Shown here one piece after another: positions 48,602 to 51,114 of a DNA stretch of 51,114 nt. Position numbers and translations under genes: made by a program. Origin of the DNA: Gemmatimonadota bacterium (GTDB lineage: Bacteria; Gemmatimonadota; Gemmatimonadetes; Gemmatimonadales; GWC2-71-9); assembly GCA_039591795.1 (NCBI GenBank), contig JBDHCY010000025.1, positions 1-51,114 of the forward strand. The letters run 5' to 3'. The notes under the pieces were generated by a model, which ran no database searches, was not told the DNA's origin, and saw nothing but the letters and a program-made list of their open reading frames with translations. Every line of letters begins with the position of its first letter. The first letter of the stretch is position 1.

Positions 48602-50174
48602 CCTGCTCCAGCGCGTCCGCGAACGCGCCGGCGCTCGCGAACCGGTCGTCGGGCGCCTTGGCCAGCGCGCGCTCGACGACGTCTTGCAACGTCTGTGGCA
48701 CCTCGGGTCGAGCAATGCGGATCGCCGGGACCGGCTGGCCTTTGTGCTTTGCGATGATGGCCTGCGGTGTGGGCCCGCTGAACAGATGCTCGCCCACGAG
48801 CATCTCGTAGAGGACGCACCCCAACGCGTACACGTCGCTTCGCCCGTCGAGCGGACCGCCAACCCCGGCTTGCTCGGGACTCATGTATGCGGGCGACCCG
48901 ACCCAGACCCCTGAATCGGTGAACCGCTTCCCGCCACCCGCGACGGCCATCGCCAGGCCGAAGTCGGTTATGAGCGCGATCTGCTCGTGGAGCAGCACGT
49001 TGCTGGGCTGCACGTCGCGGTGCAGCACGTCGTGCTCGTGCGAGTATTCGAGCCCTCGACCAACATTGGCAGCGATCTTGATGGCGTCGTCGATCGGCAC
49101 GTACCCCTCGCGCCGGATCCGCGCGTCGAGCGGCTCGCCGGGAATGTGTCGCATGGTGTAGTAGAGAAAGCCGCCGATCTCGTCCGCCTCGAACAGGGTG
49201 ACGATGTTCGGATGGTTGAACTGCGCGACGATCGAGATCTCTTGCAGGAACCGCTCCCCGCCCACGGCCTGGCGCAGCTCCGGCCGAAGCACTTTGACGG
49301 CCACGTGCCGCTTGAGCTTTTGGTCCCAGCCGAGGAAGACCTTTCCCAACACCCCCCTTTTCAATTCCTCGAGAATGTCGTACCGAATCTGAAGCGCCTC
49401 CCGGACCATCTCGATCTCCAACCGCAGCGGCTTCGCCACGGCGAGCTTCGGCGTGTCCGACAGCGCCGGTGCGTTGCGCAGCCGATCGAGCAGGTCTCGC
49501 ACCCGTGGATCCGGCTCCGCGTCCAACTCGCGTTTCAGGTTCGCGACGTACTCGTCGCCCACCCTGATCGCCTCCTCACGCACTCCACCCGCTTCCAGTT
49601 CTTCCATGAGGAGGGTCACGACGCGACCTTGGAGGAGGTCGACCTGCAAGAGCCGCCCCAGCCAATCGGCGGCGCGCCGGTGGTCGCCGCCCGAACGCGC
49701 CGTGTCGGCGAGCTGTTCGATCGTTTCCTCGTATGACCGCTGAAACGGGCCGCGCTGTCCGTCGAGCCAGTGCTCGAACTCGGGACAGCCCTTGAGATAC
49801 AACCCGCTCGCAACGGGACCGCCGTACAACTCGGCGGCGGTGCGCAGTTGCCCGTCGCCGATCGCCTGTTCGAAGGCAGTCGCATCACACTGCACGAGTT
49901 CATGATTCAACGCGACGTCGTCGTCGCCCTCGGTGAGGACGACCTCGGCACCGAGCGCATGGCGGAGGCTGAGCAGCGCCTGGCGCAACGAGCCGCGCGC
50001 GCGTGACTGGTCGAGATCCGGCCAGAAGACACCCAGCAGCGTGTCGCGCTTGACGAACCGGCCAGGCTTCGTCAGGGCCAGGTACGTCAGGACGGCCAGA
50101 GGCTTTCGCGGCACGGCCACACTGGCCCCGTCCCGCGTCACCTGCGGATTCCCCAGTACGCGTAACTCGATCAT
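48594..50174 (-). CDS. SARP-type (wHTH + BTAD) regulator fused to a Ser/Thr kinase domain (alternative start 50222)
   Basis: MIELRVLG, RDTLLGVFWPD...ARGSLRQAL, FEHWLDGQR; then VAVK, HRDVQPSN, DFG, YMSPEQ; no TM. Confidence 0.9.
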   Translation of the reverse strand: MIELRVLGNPQVTRDGASVAVPRKPLAVLTYLALTKPGRFVKRDTLLGVFWPDLDQSRARGSLRQALLSLRHALGAEVVLTEGDDDVALNHELVQCDATAFEQAIGDGQLRTAAELYGGPVASGLYLKGCPEFEHWLDGQRGPFQRSYEETIEQLADTARSGGDHRRAADWLGRLLQVDLLQGRVVTLLMEELEAGGVREEAIRVGDEYVANLKRELDAEPDPRVRDLLDRLRNAPALSDTPKLAVAKPLRLEIEMVREALQIRYDILEELKRGVLGKVFLGWDQKLKRHVAVKVLRPELRQAVGGERFLQEISIVAQFNHPNIVTLFEADEIGGFLYYTMRHIPGEPLDARIRREGYVPIDDAIKIAANVGRGLEYSHEHDVLHRDVQPSNVLLHEQIALITDFGLAMAVAGGGKRFTDSGVWVGSPAYMSPEQAGVGGPLDGRSDVYALGCVLYEMLVGEHLFSGPTPQAIIAKHKGQPVPAIRIARPEVPQTLQDVVERALAKAPDDRFASAGAFADALEQVR

Positions 50175-50229
50175 TGTCGTCGACCCAGGCGGTCGACTGT
50201 AACGATACGCCACGGCAGTCATGGTGGCT

Positions 50230-50312
50230 ATGCTGCCGCGTTGCCGTCATCGAATCGTCAAGTCGCGGCGTCGGGCCTCCCTGACGGTTGCCTCACGGGC
50301 GCTCCGTAGACT
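50230..50312. promoter_or_regulatory. Divergent SARP-type direct-repeat operators with -10 boxes
   Basis: Plus strand: TGACGG (50282) and TCACGG (50293), 8 nt, then TAGACT (50307). Minus strand: TGACGA and TGACGG (50260, 50249), 8 nt, then CAGCAT. Confidence 0.55.
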
Positions 50313-50377
50313 GCCACTGCAGCCGGGGACAGAGCGTGCCCGGTGAAGTGGACCGGATACGGAAAGGGTGAACGACG

Positions 50378-50845
50378 ATGAAGACCTTGGCTCTACTTCT
50401 CGTAGCGGGTGCACTGGCCGGCCTCGCGCGGACTGGTTCGTGGTCGCACGACGTGACTCCGCTCGACCGCGCTGAGGCCGGATCCGCCGAAGGAATGGCG
50501 TTCGTGGCCTACGGGCCTATCGAGTCGCCCCTGCCCCTGCCCCGAGTGCGGGTCACGAACAGCCGCCTGGATCAGGTGGACATCCTGTACGTAGCCCCGG
50601 GCGTCGAAGGCATCCACGAGCTGGGGTGGGTTCCGGCTGGCGCGACACGGACCTTTCAGGTGCCGGACATCGTGAGCTCGCTGCGCATCGTGGCGCAGTC
50701 CTGGGCCGGTGACGAACAGTTCGTGAGCGGTGACATCGAGATCGACGGATTCACCGATGTCGCGCTCGAAGTCGTCGATACGATGGACTCGTCGGTGGTC
50801 GCGGTGACCGAGGTGCACCTGGTCAGCGTGCCGCCTGGTTGGTAA
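50378..50845 (+). CDS. Secreted hypothetical protein (beta-rich)
   Basis: Signal peptide MKTLALLLVAGALAGLA; VRVTN...LGWVPAGATRTFQVP beta-sandwich-like pattern. Confidence 0.75.
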   Translation: MKTLALLLVAGALAGLARTGSWSHDVTPLDRAEAGSAEGMAFVAYGPIESPLPLPRVRVTNSRLDQVDILYVAPGVEGIHELGWVPAGATRTFQVPDIVSSLRIVAQSWAGDEQFVSGDIEIDGFTDVALEVVDTMDSSVVAVTEVHLVSVPPGW

Positions 50846-50877
50846 TGGCGCTGGTGGCCGCATCGCGTCCCGCTCCA

Positions 50878-50908
50878 GGGGAGGGTCGGCGCAGGGCCGG
50901 CCCTCTCC
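50878..50908 (+). terminator. GC-rich stem-loop downstream of the secreted protein gene
   Basis: gagggtcggc-gcagg-gccggccctc, extendable by G-U/G-C pairs; no U-tract. Confidence 0.3.
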
Positions 50909-51021
50909 GAGCGTTGGGGAACACCGAGTGAGGCAGGCCACTCGTCGCCAGAGCATCAGCGGCTGCTGCCCACGACCACCAGGGGCTTGCCTGACCATCT
51001 GGCGGCGGTTAGCCCTGTAGT

Positions 51022-51114
51022 ATGTCGCGAGCTTTCGTCAACGAAGACGCCGACGGCCCCGCACCGCGGTTCGCTCTCCCCAAGCGCGACCACCCCGACT
51101 ACGACTCGGCGGCC
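51022..51114 (+). CDS. Hypothetical protein, 3'-truncated by window edge
   Basis: Open frame MSRAFVNEDADGPAPRFALPKRDHPDYDSAA, GC3-rich codons. Confidence 0.6.
   Translation, partial: MSRAFVNEDADGPAPRFALPKRDHPDYDSAA

Overview
High-GC bacterial chromosomal segment, most consistent with Gemmatimonadota (inferred from the expanded Ser/Thr kinase-TM-PD40 propeller family, the BTAD-kinase and the S9 peptidases; not verified). It holds about 35 genes: four receptor-like Hanks kinases, three S9 peptidases, a three-sulfatase/PhoD-like lipoprotein operon, a PafA-like phosphatase, an MMPL transporter, an apbE-doxX-Gfo/Idh/MocA operon, a GH29 fucosidase, an AlkZ-like glycosylase, a CDGSH/Rieske/ThDP fusion and a SARP(BTAD)-kinase. 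No rRNA, tRNA, CRISPR, integrase or transposase was seen. The best candidate for an undescribed system is the apbE operon. Its Tat-type NAD-dependent oxidoreductase carries an ApbE-type flavinylation motif (DAVTSAT) and sits next to a DoxX membrane protein, suggesting a covalent-FMN wire from periplasmic dehydrogenation to quinone. Other notable signals: divergent SARP-type direct-repeat boxes; a dispersed decamer repeat family including a ~120-nt palindrome; a palindromic in-frame insert in one kinase; two ~30-aa in-frame deletions of catalytic motifs; two unannotated gene remnants; and leaderless-type promoters. All family calls come from motif recognition by eye, not database searches.
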